A stretch of 64,000 nucleotides of DNA from Nemertoderma westbladi. Its lineage: Eukaryota; Animalia; Xenacoelomorpha. A model generated the notes under the pieces. It was not told the DNA's origin. It saw nothing but the letters and a program-made list of their open reading frames with translations, and did not search any database. The stretch is taken from contig JAUCBJ010008482.1 in the NCBI GenBank assembly GCA_032718475.1, forward strand, positions 19,175-83,174. Reading direction: 5' to 3'. The stretch's first letter is position 1, and each line of letters begins with the position of its first letter. The position numbers and the translations under genes are program-made. Positions 33,443 through 45,449 of the stretch are shown piece after piece.

Positions 33443-36380
33443 TTAAACTGCACCGGCACCAATTATACGGCTGGAGTGAAAAGTAGTAAGTGCTACTGTT
33501 TGGACTATCTCATTCTCTGATGAACTCACACGGCGCAACAAGGACTGTCGAGCATTGTAAAGGATATGAACTAGTTTTGGCAGGTTAAGTACCCCACACA
33601 TGTAAGATACACTACAATCATATTTGAAACCAAAAAGCTTCCTAATTATATTATTATATGCAACATTGAATCTGTCATAAATAGAAATGCTGTAATTACG
33701 CCTAGCCCAAAGAGATATGCAGTAAACTTGAGAGCAGAAAGAGCGAAAAAGCCTAACTTTAACAGATTGAGAGCAGTGATAGAACTTCCTAATTAAAAAA
33801 TTTCCCCGCCGGTAAAGACTTGATAGTTGATTCAGTATGTCAGAGCTATCATCAGTTGTACTGTGGAATATGTGACCTAAGTACTTGTATTTACTTACTG
33901 TTTCAAGAACCCTACCATTAATCAAAATAATATCTACGAGAGTATTTTTGTAAGACTTTGGTATGAAATACATGAACTTTGACTTCTTTACATTAATAAC
34001 TATTGAGTGCCTATCTGCGTAGTCTGAGTATGTAGCTATAAGTTTCTTAAGTCCGTAAATAGAGTTTGAAACCAAACTAAGGTCATCTGCATACATTAAA
34101 TGGTTACAGCGCTTATTATTTAATTGACATCCTACGTTACTCTGGTTAAGTTCAATAATTAAGTCGTCCATATACAGTGCATATAAGTAACCTGATAAGA
34201 TACCCCCCTGTTTCGTCCCGTTAGTTACATTAAACCTACATGAAGTGCACCCGCCCCACCTAACTGCCAAACTTTGAAACCTATACCAGTACCTAATTAA
34301 CCTAATATAAAATAACGGAATTTCGCGCTTTATTAACTTAGAAAGCAGCTTGTAATGATTAACTAAATCAAAAGCTTTAGATGAATCAATAAAACAAACG
34401 TAAACTAGACTGTCGTTATCTAAATAGTAAGATTATTTCTTTTAAAGTATATACACAGAGTTCCGTGCCTAATTTATCTTTGAAACCGAATTGTGAATCA
34501 GATGTGTTAAGTTTTTCCTTAAATCTACTCAGATATACTAGTTCTAGAATTTTACTACTTATATTTGCTAATGCTATCCCTCTGTAATTATCAAAACTTG
34601 TAATGTCATCATTCTTATCCTTTACAATGGGCAGAATGTTACATCGCATGAGGTCATCAGAGACATAGCCGTGGATATTGGCAATGGTATAAAATATCGC
34701 TAAGTGAGAAAACAAACCAGCCGTACCATTGGTGTAATGCTCACTGACCAGACCATCAGGTCCAACTTTACCAGGGGATAAGTTATCTACAGCCAATGCG
34801 ATTTCAACAGAAGTAATGGTCATTCGTTTATCGTATTTAATACCCTTAAAAGCATTCTCTACCATCTCTTTGTCAGAGTCGCTGTTAACTTTATTATACA
34901 AATTAGAGAACTTTTCGTGGAATAAATTGCAAATGTCCTCCTCTCCAATTGCGTTACCAACTTTACTAGACTGAGGAACTTTCGTATTACAGTGTTTTTT
35001 AACATTTTTCCAGAAATCGTTTTGTTTCTCAGAATACAGCGACTCTGCAAGTTTATCAGCACGTAACTTACTGTCATTGCGCTTACACTGCTTTAGAGCA
35101 CGTTTAAACTCAAATTTCGAATGTATATATTCATAGAAAATTGGTCCGGCTCGGGGGCACCCATTCATTCTCCAAATGCGGAAAAATAATCTTGATTCCT
35201 GATATTTATCTTTCAGGAATTCATTCCATCCAGGAGTAGGCTGAAAGCTCTTGTTAGAGTTGTTCAGTCCTCTCATTATTGGAATAGTACGCTCAGCAGC
35301 ACATTGAGCGGCATTTAAAATATCGGTATAATATTTGTCAATATCAGCTCTGTGTGAGCTATTCTCACATTGAGCGTCAGTACAATCGCAAACACTAAAT
35401 GGTTTTGAAATATTATTCAACAAACTATTTAAAACTAATTTATATTCATTGATATTTGCCGCGGTTGCCTTACTCCAATCACATTTCTTTGTTTCAACAT
35501 AACAACATTTATTATCAATTGGTATACTATAGTTCGTAGATGGTAAATGTTCTACTTTTAAATCAAAATTGCAGGTCATAGGCATGTGATCATCAACAAC
35601 CTGATTATAATCAATAGCAATTGATGATAGCAGCGGAGCTACGCTACCAGAACAAATTATATGGTCCAGCCAGGAGTTGGTGTTGTGGGCCGCGCTCACG
35701 AACGTAAACGAGTCAGATGGAAGAGATACTATATCGCACATACACATATTAATTTCATTGCACCATGAATCTAAAAAACGCATATATCTTGAATTTATGT
35801 CAGCATTAAAGTCTCCTATCACCACACAATGTGAAGTAGATTCACAGTCGATAATACTACTAAGTGTACCGAGAACTTCTAGAAAATCGTCATCATTGTC
35901 GGCGCACTCGTACGGCATATATGTATTTAAAAACAATACAGATAAACCATCGTTAGTGTTTAGACGGAGACCAATAATTCTAGAACTATAATCAATAACA
36001 GTAATGACAGATGCTAAGCTTCTTTTATATAAGAAGCCCACACCGCCATACGGTCTACCGATTAGAATGCCATGGCTATAGTCTACTGGTGAAGTTCCTC
36101 TACCGATATACCGGTCGTCAGGGTCATCTAAACTATTCAAGACCCCTATTTCCTGGTCTGGCAGCATGTGCTCTTGTAAGCATATTATATCAGTAGAAGC
36201 ATTACATAAATTCTTTATTACAGCTCTCGAAGTTGCAGTTCGCACAGAGTTACAGTTATACGTAGCAACTGAGAGATTTGGTGCAAGATTCGAAGTTACA
36301 CTTGCCATTGATATAATGAATAGAAACGTATAGATATAAAAATTAGCCATAGTTGAAATATATGCACTAAAAACAATCAA
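33443..36380 (-). pseudogene. LINE ORF2: AP endonuclease plus RT, one frameshift near 34430
   Basis: ATYNCNS, ICLQEH, GRPYGG, GDFNA, WLDH, NYRGIAL, QFGFK, then IDSSKAFD, GTKQGGILS, MYADD, YKYLGH. Confidence 0.9.
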
Positions 36381-36539
36381 AATATAAATTCAGTTATAAA
36401 AAAAATAAACTATCTATATACAATATATTATATACACTAAATATTATGTTCAAAAAATAGGTTTTGTTATATAATATTATTATATACAATTAACCTGCCG
36501 CTTATTAGATCCGTTCGCAGTTGAGTTGAGATGCATTAA

Positions 36540-37863
36540 CTAGCTAGCGGTTGTCTCTGTGTTATCACTGACGATAACACTCTGTTCCACTTCGCCACCA
36601 TCGGTTGCCTGTGGAGGAGACTGAGAGGCCTGAGAGGGTGTCTTCACCGGAGCAGACGAAACATTTACTTTATTGCCGCCGCTGCGGAAAGTACCGACTG
36701 GGCGGGGACGATCTACGAACTCTCTGACACGGCAGTAGAGAGGCCATTTACTGGGAGGGCAGAAGGTCGTTGAACTCTCCAAGTTTACAGGAAACGAGAA
36801 ACGATCTGAAATACGAGTTGTCTTTACCGAACTGTCGACATTTCACATCGTATGACAACACATCCTTCACGTACGATATTATCATATCCTCAGAGACGTC
36901 CAGCGCACACCCAGAAAGAAGAATCTTTTTCAACGGTTGCACTGTTCCGAATGCGCGACTGTTGGAGGTACCGAGAACGAATCCGCTTTGACTGCGAGTT
37001 AGGTACCTCTTCTCGTTTCTTAGTCTGAGATTTCCGTTTCTTTTCCAACGACTTGCGATGTACATCGACCCATGGGCCAGTGTAAACCCTCTCTTCGTCA
37101 TCGCTGTCACTGGAATAATCAGCAATAGTTTCTGTACCGGAAGATACTCCGGCTCTGTCAGAACGGCTTCTAACAGTATTGCTCGTATCTTGGATCACTT
37201 TTGGAGTTTCTTTATTTTTGCGCTTTCCCTTTCCGGTTCCGCTCACACGAAACTTCAAAGCGTCTTGGAAATAGCTGCGTAACTTGGGATAGATTGCTGG
37301 TTGTTAATGCCGGTATTCTCAGTGACTGGTGTGGCCGGACTCGGATTGGTGACCAGGAGCATAGCGTCACGGTCGTGTTCCAAGACCGCCACTCTGTCCT
37401 GCATACCACTGATCATATTGAGTAAGAACAGTAAATCAGCGTCAGTTGTGGAAAACGGAGGAATCTCTCCAAGATCAAGGGGAACAAATATGGGCCTGGG
37501 TTCAATCGACTGAAATCCAGGCCATTCGAACATATCAACTATGTCTGAGACGATGTTTCGCCGCATATTTTCGCCTTGATGACGCATCTTAGCGAAATCA
37601 TTCTTGGATAGACTACGATCACCAGGGGCAGATGAAGTGAGTAATCCGAGCAGCGTCGCCTTGGCACCCTTTAGCGACGCGTCAGAGAAGCGAGGCCAAG
37701 GAACGACAACTGATTGTACGGAGTTCTTATGGTGTATGGCAACCTCTGGAGTGGGATGTCCAGATGTATGCAAGTATGTTGTCTGCAACATGACAGCAGT
37801 CTGGCAGTGTTCCTTAGAACACGCTGCGGCCATGATACCGATAATGGACTCAACTAATCGCAA
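36540..37863 (-). pseudogene. LINE ORF1 (coiled coil plus RRM-like), frameshifted
   Basis: PIFVPLDLGEIPP...LLFLLNMISGMQDRVAVLE and a C-terminal KILLSG...SFLVSC...WPLYCRVREF, spread over several frames upstream of ORF2. Confidence 0.72.
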
Positions 37864-38265
37864 ATAACTTAATAAAAAAAAATGTAGGCACTCAGTACAG
37901 TATTCAGTACAGTAGTCAGGCAGTATAGGCCTACTGCAGTACTGCAGTATGTTTAGAACAACTTCTATATCAGTCAGTCAGTCAGTAATAATATCAAATT
38001 CAATCCAATGATCAAATCCAATGAATTAAACAAAGTCCTCCTTATTCACTCCATGAGGCCGCCAAAGCACATGCTATATACACCTACTATATACTTAGAT
38101 ATCCCCTCTTAGTGACCTTTACTATAGAGGAGCTCCTTTACAATAATTATTGTTTGAACTACACACTGTACTGTATACTTAAAGTAAATTCAGTTCATGT
38201 AGTTTGCTATCACAAACTGTATCCCATTGACGTTAATAAATCTATCGGGGCTTCTATATACTAAC

Positions 38266-38463
38266 CTCCGTGCAGCAGGTCCTAGGCGATTCCATACTGT
38301 CTTCATATTTCTCCTTATCTCCTTCGCTCCAACTTCCCCGCTTAGATCGCACCTTCAGAAATCCATCAGCCTCGGATTTCGCTACACCATGGTTTGGAAG
38401 TTTCGCGCCAAGGGTCAAACAGATGTTTAACAGAACGATACATAATATCAACTTAAAGTGCAT
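38266..38463 (-). CDS. Exon 1 of predicted secreted peptide: signal peptide, propeptide, furin-type site
   Basis: Signal MHFKLILCIVLLNICLTLG, propeptide SEADGFLKVRSKR, mature start GSWSEGDKEKYEDSMESPRTCCTE. Donor GAG|GTTAGT at 38265. Confidence 0.7.
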
Positions 38464-39702
38464 CTTGTTAGATTAATAATTAATATTTACTTTATCCGTT
38501 TTTTAATTTGTAAATCTTCAGATTTACTTCCTGTAAGAAAATCATGTCTGTTTGTTTGTCGGTCTGTTTGTCACACGAAAGGCTCAGAAACTATCCGGTC
38601 AATTGTGTTGTTTTTAGTACCCTCCTGTAGTGTATGGTATAAATGCGTGTATAAAGCAAATTTCAGAAAAATACAGTGATTAGTTTTTGCCAAAAAAATT
38701 AAATAAACGAAAAGTGCAATAGACGCAATGGTAAAATAACAGCTGGTGTCGTGATGAAAAATGGCTTATGTAATGGATTTCTACACAGGCTTAGTATAAA
38801 TCAATGAGGTTGCCAAGATTAATGTACACCCATACTGTTTGCTTAGGCCCGTTCTTGCCTAAACTCCACTTCCTTACAAACTTGAAATTCTGCATAGGGT
38901 AGCATTACAGTTACAGTAGTGTTTGTAAATAATTTAAACAGCTGATAGCCTTCTCAGTCAAGGTATGGGCGATTGTGAATTTATTACTAATTCCAGGTGA
39001 ATGAATTTTAGTAATAATGTAGGCCTTCAACTGTAGTACTATAATAATTGGTGTAATTAGAATCGTGAGAGGGAAACGTAGGTATTTTTGTTTCAGCTGA
39101 TGGTAGCTGTAATAATGGAATATAGTTGACCGTGGCAACTCACACTGTTTCAATACAAAGGCTAGTGAATTTAGTTGTACTGTAAATTTTAGTAACTAGA
39201 CCGGATGTAGCACCTCTGCCTTGCATCCAAACATGATCCATAAATGAGTACAAGTTTCATTTGGGGAGCAGAATTCTGGGGGGACCGTACGGGAAATAAA
39301 GAGTGAGACTTTGTGTGTAATCCCTGATAAAACAACCTTACTTTACTTTTACTTGTGAGTACAGTATTGTAGGCCCCACTATGGTTGTGATGGGAACTCA
39401 CAAACTGTACTATGTATATACACTACAGGCACTCTGTGCTAAAAAACTAAAGACACGTGAAGTGTGTTGGACGGACCAGCTGTTTGTATGTGCAGTATAA
39501 TGCTGTCTGAAGGAAATGTTATCGTATCGCGCGACGGAGAGTTCGAGTTGTTTCTAATAATCGTAAATTATTAACTGAGGTTGCAATATGCGTCTATGCC
39601 AATAGGTTGCATGGATAAACGAAGTAAAATTAGCTTTGTATGCAGTACCGGTGCGGCTACACCAACACCCACCCCCCGTAATGATTACATTACATGTATA
39701 AA

Positions 39703-40265
39703 CATTACCTGGACGCCCTTGCCATTTCCACGAAGTACCGTAAGTTAAATCTCTTTATTACTATTACTGGGAACCCGAAGTGGGACGCTGTGAAAGAAAA
39801 CCTTTTCCCTGAACAACAGCCATTCGACAGACCTGATATTATGAACAGAATCTTCTAAAAAATGCTGGATGAGCTCATATCAGATATTGATAAGGGAGTA
39901 TTTGGGTCCATGAAGGCCAGACTTTACACTGTAGAGGGTCAAATGAGAGGCCTAAAGCACGCGCACATCTTGCTCCTTCTCAACGAGAACATCACGTTGG
40001 AAGATCTAAATCAAATAATCTCTGCCGAGATTCCGGACCCAGATGACCCTGTGTATGATGTTGTTTCGAGCCGCATGCTCCACAGTCCGTGCGGTCTTGC
40101 CTTCCTGTTTGCACCATGTATGGTAAACGGAGTCTGCAGCAAGGGGTATCCCAAAGAATACAACGAGGATACACACCTGTCTGGAGATGGTCATGGCTAT
40201 CCTCACTACAGGCGACGGAAAGTTAGAAATACTGTGGTGAACAATGGGTTCACCTTTGACAACAG
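39703..40265 (+). pseudogene. Helitron Rep (HUH endonuclease) exon
   Basis: YLDALAI...LFITITGNPKW...DRPDIMNRIF, VEGQMRGLKHAHILL (HUH motif), MLHSPCG...CMVNGVCSKGYPK, GYPHYRRR, FDNR then donor GTAAGT. One in-frame stop. Confidence 0.9.
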
Positions 40266-40999
40266 GTAAGTTAATTTCAGTATGTTATGTGTGATATATG
40301 TGCATTTTAATGACTATAAAGGTTTATATTTTAAACTATATTTATATATAAAAATAGTAGGTCAAGCTGAAACAGTCGAAATAGGTTAAATATAAGTTAT
40401 TAATAATTGTACTGTATTGTGTTCTAGAGTCAACATAAAACCATAATACAGCGTTATACATAATATTATAATTTCCGTCAAAGTTAAAAAATATAATAAA
40501 TTCAGCTTTATTGGAAATTTCAGACTAACAACACAGATATAACAATTTAAATATTTGTTCTTACAGATAGGTGGTGCCTCACAACCGTTAAATAAATAAA
40601 TTTAAAAGATAAAAATAACATAAAATAATGATAAAAAGTGGACAGCAGTAAAAATATTAAATTAATATCATTTCAACAATTAATTACTTATTTGTTATAA
40701 AAATTATAACACCGTGTTTATTTAGTTTTAAATTTTTTTACATCATAATTATTGTTCATGCAGGGTGTTGATGGGTTGCAGGGTGTTGATGTATCTACAG
40801 TTGCGCCAAGGGTAGTATGGAGAAAATATCTTTTTCAGGTAACCAAAAAGAGTTTAATCGCCAAATATTTCAACCACCTATAATACAATATTATACTTCA
40901 GGCCTTCATCAGTAGCTAACACGGCAATGCTACAACTAAAGAACTACCGGCACCAACAGCACTACTATTACTAAAGACTACAGCACAATAGCACTACAG

Positions 41000-41510
41000 C
41001 ACTCTAGTTATACCGTTCGTTAAGCAACACCAGCGTAGACACGCCCAGCAAATCGTTAACGCTTCCCCCTTACGCACCAACATACGGCTAGTCAGTAAAC
41101 CGGGCCCAAAACTTAAACAACTGTTAGTTCGGGCTAGCCTAACTGGAGACCCATGCCCCACCCCACGCAATATCATGTGTTATACGTGTAATAACGGTCC
41201 GAAAGACTGTATGGTGAGGAATGTGGTGTACGAGATCGTTTGCAACCTATGTATTAGTCGCGTCACCAACTACATAGGCGAGACGGTAGGACCCATACGG
41301 GAACGTATCAACAGACATCGTAACTCTGTACGCGGTGGAAACCGTAAAGAAGCCATCGGCCAACACTTCCTGGATAAACACTCTGGACATGCCAATCACC
41401 CACAACCCTTCAAAATACTAATTAAACGTAAATGCAAAGATTGGGCGGATCGTAAAATAAGCGAAAAACACTTTATTACACGAGCACCCCACACTAAACA
41501 CACAATACAT
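41000..41510 (+). pseudogene. Penelope GIY-YIG endonuclease C-terminal region
   Basis: NVVYEIVCNLC...YIGETVGPIRERINRH...AIGQHFLDKH...RKISEKHFI. Confidence 0.88.
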
Positions 41511-41766
41511 ACCCACACACAACACTGGTTGGTAAGCGTTTTGGTAAGCGTACGTAAGTATTTTGGGTTTATATATACTGTATTTATACTGTATTTTCAT
41601 AACAGTCCTAGTGTACTACTACCTTTCAAGTGTATGCCTCTACCGGTACCGTGCCCCAGTTAATTAGGTCAGTATTGCAATTTGTGTTTTTATATTGTGC
41701 TGTAGTCTTTAGTAATAGTAGTGCTGTTGGTGCCGGTAGTTCTTTAGTTGTAGCATTGCCGTGTTA

Positions 41767-41823
41767 GCCACTGATGAAGGCCTGAAGTATAATATTGTAT
41801 TATACGTGGTTGAAATATTTGGC
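41767..41823 (+). ncRNA. Hammerhead ribozyme motif in Penelope pseudo-LTR (mirror copy at ~40860-40916, minus)
   Basis: GCCA-CTGATGA-A-GGCC...GGTT-GAAA-TATT-TGGC, with extended stem II GTATAATA/TATTATAC. Confidence 0.75.
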
Positions 41824-41922
41824 GATTAAACTCTTTTTGGTTACCTGAATCCGATCTTTTCTACATACTACCCTTGGCGTTATGTTTCCACCGGTAATCA
41901 GGGCGAGATCATTCCTTATTAA

Positions 41923-42066
41923 GTATCTACAGTTGCCATCGAGTCACAGAAGAATAATGAGAATCGATGGACGCCGCCAGACAAGGATGAGATCAGCCAG
42001 TTCATAAACGCTCAAACAATAGATGTACACGAAGCACATTGGCGGGCTTTAGAGTACAGAGTACAG
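41923..42066 (+). pseudogene. Helitron Rep-region exon, 3' half
   Basis: VSTVAIE...DEISQFINAQTIDVHEAHWRALEYRVQ matches the DEI..Y...R..S..EA.WR motif. Followed by GT. Confidence 0.75.
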
Positions 42067-42414
42067 GTCGGGTAAAAAATATATAATTTTGAATTGGTTT
42101 ATATTCAATTGAATTATTGTTATAAGTTTGAATTTAGAGTCTTTATAGACGTTTTAAATTTTACATACTGAAATAATAATTATTAGAAGTGGTCTTAACT
42201 ACTAAAGCGCTATGTATGTAAAGATTAAATTTATAATAAATATATAAATAAATAATGATAATAAAATATACATATACACAGAAAATACACAAGAGATAAA
42301 TTAAAAACAAAAGTAGAGTATAATATTTTCTCCATATTATTCCACATACAGTCGAGGAAATATAGCGACACCGATTGCCAACCTGGCGAAATATGACCCG
42401 AGTTATATTGTATA

Positions 42415-43990
42415 TTTATTTTATTTATTTATTCACCTGTATTATTGATAAGTACTGTACAATCATAACATAACATTACTCGATAATAATAAACAACAAT
42501 AACGTTTCATATGGTGGAGATACCGTATTTATACAAGTGCTAAAAAATAAAACTACATATTGAATCTGTACGTGAGGTAACGTAAACATACTTACATCAT
42601 AAAACAAGAAAATAATTCACATCTTATATCTTTATCTTAACCAATCTCAAAACATTAAAAAAGGTACTTGGATGTATCAAATTAATTACTTAATAAATCT
42701 AATAGTTCAAAACTAATATCTTTATCTAAACAAATCTAAAAACATCACAATACTTAAGATACATCAAATTAATTATTTAATAAATCTGAAAATGTTTAAA
42801 CCATCAAATTTCAAATCTTATTTCAAAAAATTTATATTTCATGCTCTGCAGAATCTTATAACACATATTTGCTAAGGGGAACGGTGCCAAACTACCAAAC
42901 AACAGAGACCAGCTGTCGTTACATTCCGCTATTTTCTGATGTTGGTTTCGAACACTCTGAGTTTTCGGGCAGCCGAATACCGCGTGATGTTCGTCGTGTA
43001 CGGTTTTGCAGTCACATCTACAAACTCTTTCAGTACGATCCTTCCGTTGCCATCTTCCCGTCTCCACTGCGAGACAGTGTGATAATAGCCGTAAACGGGT
43101 AAAGCTTTGTCTCATAGTATCGGGGATGTATTCAGAACTAATGGTGTAGATCTTGTGTAATTCTAGGTTACTGTTCATATCCGTATAGCTTCTGATTTTC
43201 GTGTGAGTGGGTGCCATTTTAAGAATATTTTCCGTTGTGGGTCTCAAATCTTCCTTTATGATATCATTTTTGTTTATGCAACTATCCGTTTGCCTCTACC
43301 CTTTGGTATCTGCTTCTGACGCGAGATCGTTCACGATCTTAATCGGATCCAAAGCAGTCCAATTCTCCCGACATGTTTTTAGAAATCCATGGCGCTTGTT
43401 CTCAATATAGGCTTCAAAGGTTGGAAAGCCTGCTTCAACAATATAATATAAATTGCTGGTTTGGATGCGTACCCCTAGAAGTATTTTTACAACGTTGTAA
43501 TAAAGTGGTCGGATCCCGTTTAAGTCAGTCTTAGAAACTATTCAGGACTCGCACGCATACATGAGAGAGCTTAGAGCAGCTTCTGCGACTTTTTTCTTGT
43601 ATATAAAAGGCATATTGGGGTTGTTATTTATAAATATCGTAAATTTGTTGTACTGCTTCCTTCTCATACTAATATCTTCTCTAATTACACTTTTCAAATT
43701 TCCGTTAACACAGAATGGGGAACCCAGGTATACGTATGTTTCACAGTGCTTTATAGTGACCCCGTTGGCTGTGATATCTAATCTATCCGGATTTCTCTCC
43801 GTTTATTACCATAAACTCAGTTTTTTTGGCGTTAATTATCATCCCGTTTTGATTGCAATATTCTACAACGAGCTTAAACTTTTCTTCACATTTTTCTCGT
43901 GTTGTTGCCAGAACTACTTTGTCGTCCATCACGATTAGACAGTGCAATGTTTTTAGGATGGAATCTAGATGGAAAACAGAATTCAGACAG
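42415..43990 (-). mobile_element. 5'-truncated LINE (RT end plus C-terminal Cys/His motif)
   Basis: LHCLIVMDD...INAKKTEFM, YVYLGSP and FTRLRLLSHCLAVETGRW...CRC...DEHHAVFGCP. (TAAA)n tail near 42415-42443. Confidence 0.8.
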
Positions 43991-44029
43991 AAAGCATTCT
44001 TGTATAACTTCTTTGTAAGTATGTTTGAA
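43991..44029 (-). pseudogene. Paralogous exon 2 of the secreted peptide gene, cut by the LINE
   Basis: FKHTYKEVIQECF, preceded by 44 nt of intron and acceptor (44030-44073) identical to 30395-30438. Confidence 0.7.
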
Positions 44030-44087
44030 CTAGAAACATAACAACAAACCCATTTGTTATCACAATCCTATCACGTACAGTATATTC

Positions 44088-44815
44088 TTTAACAGTTTAA
44101 CCTGAAATATCATGGACTTTCACATTTTTTATAATTTCTAAAAATACTTGCTAGCAAAAAGTTTTTTTATGGTATAATGTTATGGTATAATGTTTATAAT
44201 ATAATGTTTATGGTATGTTTACTAGCTAGTAATTTTTGAAAATTATTTTGGTCATTAATATATTCTTTATATCGATGATTGTGTATTTGTGATACTCTGC
44301 GATGCCAACCAATAGCACACAGACCATACTACAATTCCTACTCCATTTTACACACGCCTACTAACTACACATTTACCACTACCGACAGACAATTACCACA
44401 CCGACCATACCGATAACCTCCTCGCCTTAAGGGGACCCCCATGAAAACGAGACCATGTCTCTTGGGGCTATCCCCGACATCATCTAGACTCACACTCACC
44501 ATGCAAAACTTACCCATTACTCAACCACCTCTTACACAGGAAACGCTGACCACAAATTGCCAACGAAATGCACTCTGACAACACACTTACATTATAGCCT
44601 AACTAACTGTCTCAATTTATTTGTTGCATTAACTATAAATACTGTATAATGGATTATCTTGTTATCTTGTTCCTTCCGGTAATGTTTAATTATGCAGATT
44701 TACTTTACTTATTTGATGTCAATTAAACAATTTCAATTTCAATTTAACAGTTTAACCTGAAATATCATGGACTTTCACATTTTTTATAATTTCTAAAAAT
44801 ACTAGCTAGCAAAAA
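44088..44815. repeat. 73-bp direct repeat pair flanking a ~580-bp segment
   Basis: TTTAACAGTTTAACCTGAAATATCATGG...GCTAGCAAAAA at 44088-44160 and 44743-44815. The enclosed segment ends in (TTTCAA)n. Confidence 0.85.
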
Positions 44816-45449
44816 TATCCAAAAAATGGGGCCCCAATACCGAAAAAGTGCCCATAATTTAACTAACTTTGGTACATATCTTGCAACTAATGGTATAATT
44901 AAAGGCGATTGAAATCGCAACACTAAACTTTAATGCCGTCTCCATAGCAACAGGATCTAAAAATCAGACGAAAAAGATTGTCATTATTTCGTAAATGAAC
45001 TATATTGACTTTGTAGAAGATTTTAATCCATTATGACATGCTGTATTGCAGTTGCTATGCCTTAAAGTAGGGTTATGTGGTCCTTAGCAACTAGGTCGTT
45101 ATTTCAAAATGGCCAAAGTCAAAAATGTTATAATCGTCATTTCCTCATTAAGTGGGACCTATAGAACTCAAAACATCAAAAAAATTTAATCCGTCCAAAA
45201 AGTTTCGGTATACCATTGTGGCTGCCGGACTAGTTTGGTTATCTTACAAGTTAGAACAATGGAGAAAACTCAAGATGTGTTCTAGAAGTTTATTGTTTCT
45301 AAGTTATTGATTACTTTACAGCGTTAGGAGGATACCATCAGAGCGCCGATAAGTTGATATATAATGTAACAAAATATGTTTTAGTAAAGAGATACAAACC
45401 GGTAATAGTTAGTTAGTTAAACCTAAAAGTATAAGTGGAGCTGATTGAG

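Larger units (their letters stand above)
33108..38040 (-). mobile_element. Full-length two-ORF APE-RT LINE (RTEX/CR1-group-like, clade not certain)
   Basis: 6-bp TSD CTTATT (33102-33107, 38041-38046), (TTAAA)n 3' tail, ORF1 and ORF2 both present. Confidence 0.88.
40805..41922 (+). mobile_element. 5'-truncated Penelope-like element with inverted pseudo-LTR
   Basis: 14-bp TSD GTATCTACAGTTGC (40791-40804, 41923-41936). ~185-bp inverted repeat (40804-40990 vs 41693-41879). GIY-YIG region inside. It interrupts a Helitron exon. Confidence 0.88.

Noticed and set aside
44820-45235. Possible small DNA element ending GTGGCTGCCGGACTAGT
   Set aside because: No matching opposite terminus or TSD could be established.
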